A DNA stretch of 32,502 nucleotides from Nitrospirota bacterium (GTDB taxonomy: Bacteria; Nitrospirota; Thermodesulfovibrionia; Thermodesulfovibrionales; UBA1546), in NCBI GenBank assembly GCA_004298625.1, contig SCSY01000200.1, positions 1 to 32,502 of the forward strand. Reading direction: 5' to 3'. Positions 31,609-32,502 of this stretch are shown piece after piece (the first letter of the stretch is position 1; each line of letters starts with the position of its first letter). The notes beneath the pieces are model-generated. The model was not told where the DNA came from, ran no database searches, and saw nothing but the letters and a program-made list of their open reading frames with translations. A program made the translations under genes and the position numbers.

Positions 31609-31676
31609 GTGATTAGTGACAGTGAACAGTGGCAGTGAGATAAAGAATTCCGATACTTACACTTGACACTTACGCT
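31609..31676 (+). repeat. CAGTG/CACTG-unit intercistronic repeat, copy C (between dnaN and gyrB)
   Basis: GTGATTAGTGACAGTGAACAGTGGCAGT-GAGATAAAGAATTCCGATA-CTTACACTTGACACTTACGC, starting 2 nt after the dnaN stop. The 5' arm is 27/28 identical to copy A. The 3' arm is a diverged version of the copy A arm (CTTACAC..GACACT..). Confidence 0.7.
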
Positions 31677-31696
31677 AAAACTAGAGAGAGGAAGTA

Positions 31697-32502
31697 ATGG
31701 AAGAGAAAGAGCAGATTAACCAGGTCGGAAACGACGAGCAACAAGAAAAAGAGTCCTACGGAGCAGAGGACATAAAGATACTTAAGGGCCTTAGCGCTGT
31801 AAGAAAAAGGCCTGCAATGTATATAGGCTCAACAGGCCATGAAGGTCTCCACCACCTTGTATATGAGGTTGTGGATAACAGCGTTGATGAATCCCTTGCC
31901 GGTTTTTGCAAAAATATCGAGGTGATCCTCCATCACGACGGAAGCTGCACGGTAATAGATGATGGAAGAGGCATCCCGACAGACCAGCATCCCGGCGACC
32001 CCGAGGGCAGGACAGCGGCAGAGATAGCCCTCACAGAGCTTCATGCAGGCGGTAAGTTTGAATCAAAGGCATACAAGATATCAGGCGGTCTCCACGGCGT
32101 TGGGGTATCGGTTGTCAATGCGTTATCTGAATGGCTCGATGTTGAGATAAAACAAAACGGGAAGGTTTTTCAGCAGCATTTTGACAGGGGTAAACCCTCA
32201 GCCCCGCTCGCTACTGTCGGAAAGACAAAATCCAGGGGCACCAAGATCACATTTAAGCCTGACGCCGAGATATTCGAGACAACGGAATTCAGCTATGATG
32301 TTCTTTCCCAGAGGCTGAGGGAAATGGCGTTTCTTAACAGCGGTCTAAAAATTTCCATACATGATGAAAACACGGATAAAACACAGGAGTTTCATTACAA
32401 AGGCGGCATAGTTTCTTTTGTCGAGCACCTGAATAAAAATAAGGCGCCGTTGCATCCAAAGCCTGTGTATATATCAGGAGAAAAAGACGGAATTACGGCT
32501 GA
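31697..32502 (+). CDS. gyrB: DNA gyrase subunit B (N-terminal part; runs off the window)
   Basis: Not in the track because it is edge-truncated. My translation from ATG 31697 reads [69 protein letters not shown]...LHAGGKF...[15 protein letters not shown]..., which is the canonical GHKL ATPase domain. RBS GAGAGAGGAAG. Confidence 0.97.
   Translation, partial: MEEKEQINQVGNDEQQEKESYGAEDIKILKGLSAVRKRPAMYIGSTGHEGLHHLVYEVVDNSVDESLAGFCKNIEVILHHDGSCTVIDDGRGIPTDQHPGDPEGRTAAEIALTELHAGGKFESKAYKISGGLHGVGVSVVNALSEWLDVEIKQNGKVFQQHFDRGKPSAPLATVGKTKSRGTKITFKPDAEIFETTEFSYDVLSQRLREMAFLNSGLKISIHDENTDKTQEFHYKGGIVSFVEHLNKNKAPLHPKPVYISGEKDGITA

Noticed and set aside
31870-31878. Perfect DnaA box TGTGGATAA. A one-mismatch box TCATCCACA is also present at 29996-30004.
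   Set aside because: Both are inside coding sequence. The first encodes the conserved GyrB motif VVDN (gtt gtg gat aac). Both are isolated sites, not a cluster, so they are most simply explained by coding constraint.

Overview
This is a chromosomal, replication-gene-proximal segment of a diderm bacterium (bamD and lnt are present, GC is moderate, and many genes lack a Shine-Dalgarno). The lineage cannot be determined from the sequence alone. An uncultivated Nitrospirota-like or similar anaerobe is only a guess.

Gene content, left to right:
- an edge-truncated membrane GAF-GGDEF cyclase
- an rpsF-ssb-rpsR operon followed by two DUF507-like genes
- sirC-like, bamD and a phosphofructokinase
- a sensor kinase with a sigma54-type regulator
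- a secreted Ig-like protein
- three USP domains plus DUF1634 plus a TauE/SafE permease
- a PAP2 protein and a YacP/NYN protein
- mnmG
- an NtrC/NtrB-like pair and fdhD
- an unknown polytopic membrane protein
- a lipoate/octanoyl ligase-family protein, yjbQ-like, and an isopropylmalate/tartrate dehydrogenase-family enzyme
- an orphan 120-aa protein and a NapH-like polyferredoxin
- a RelE/ParE-Phd/YefM pair, a NUDIX hydrolase and tRNA-Phe
- lnt, prfB (with +1 frameshift), dnaA, dnaN and gyrB (partial)

I see no transposase, integrase, CRISPR array or recognisable multi-gene defence island.

Corrections to the ORF track:
- Two edge-truncated genes (GGDEF, gyrB) are missing from it.
- prfB needs the programmed frameshift.
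- tRNA-Phe is missing from it.
- The YacP-like gene has a conserved N-terminus upstream of its first ATG.

The most unusual signals are non-coding:
1. A three-copy family of 70-95 nt intercistronic repeats built from CAGTG/CACTG units. All three sit between co-directional genes in the same orientation relative to transcription.
2. A 188-nt nested perfect inverted repeat upstream of mnmG that carries six same-strand AGCGA motifs. It could be a 6S-like or sponge-type RNA, or a MITE.
3. Several other long hairpins whose arms are each made of short tandem units.
4. A dnaA upstream region without a canonical DnaA-box cluster but with four copies of ACTAACA.

All functional readings of these elements are hypotheses.
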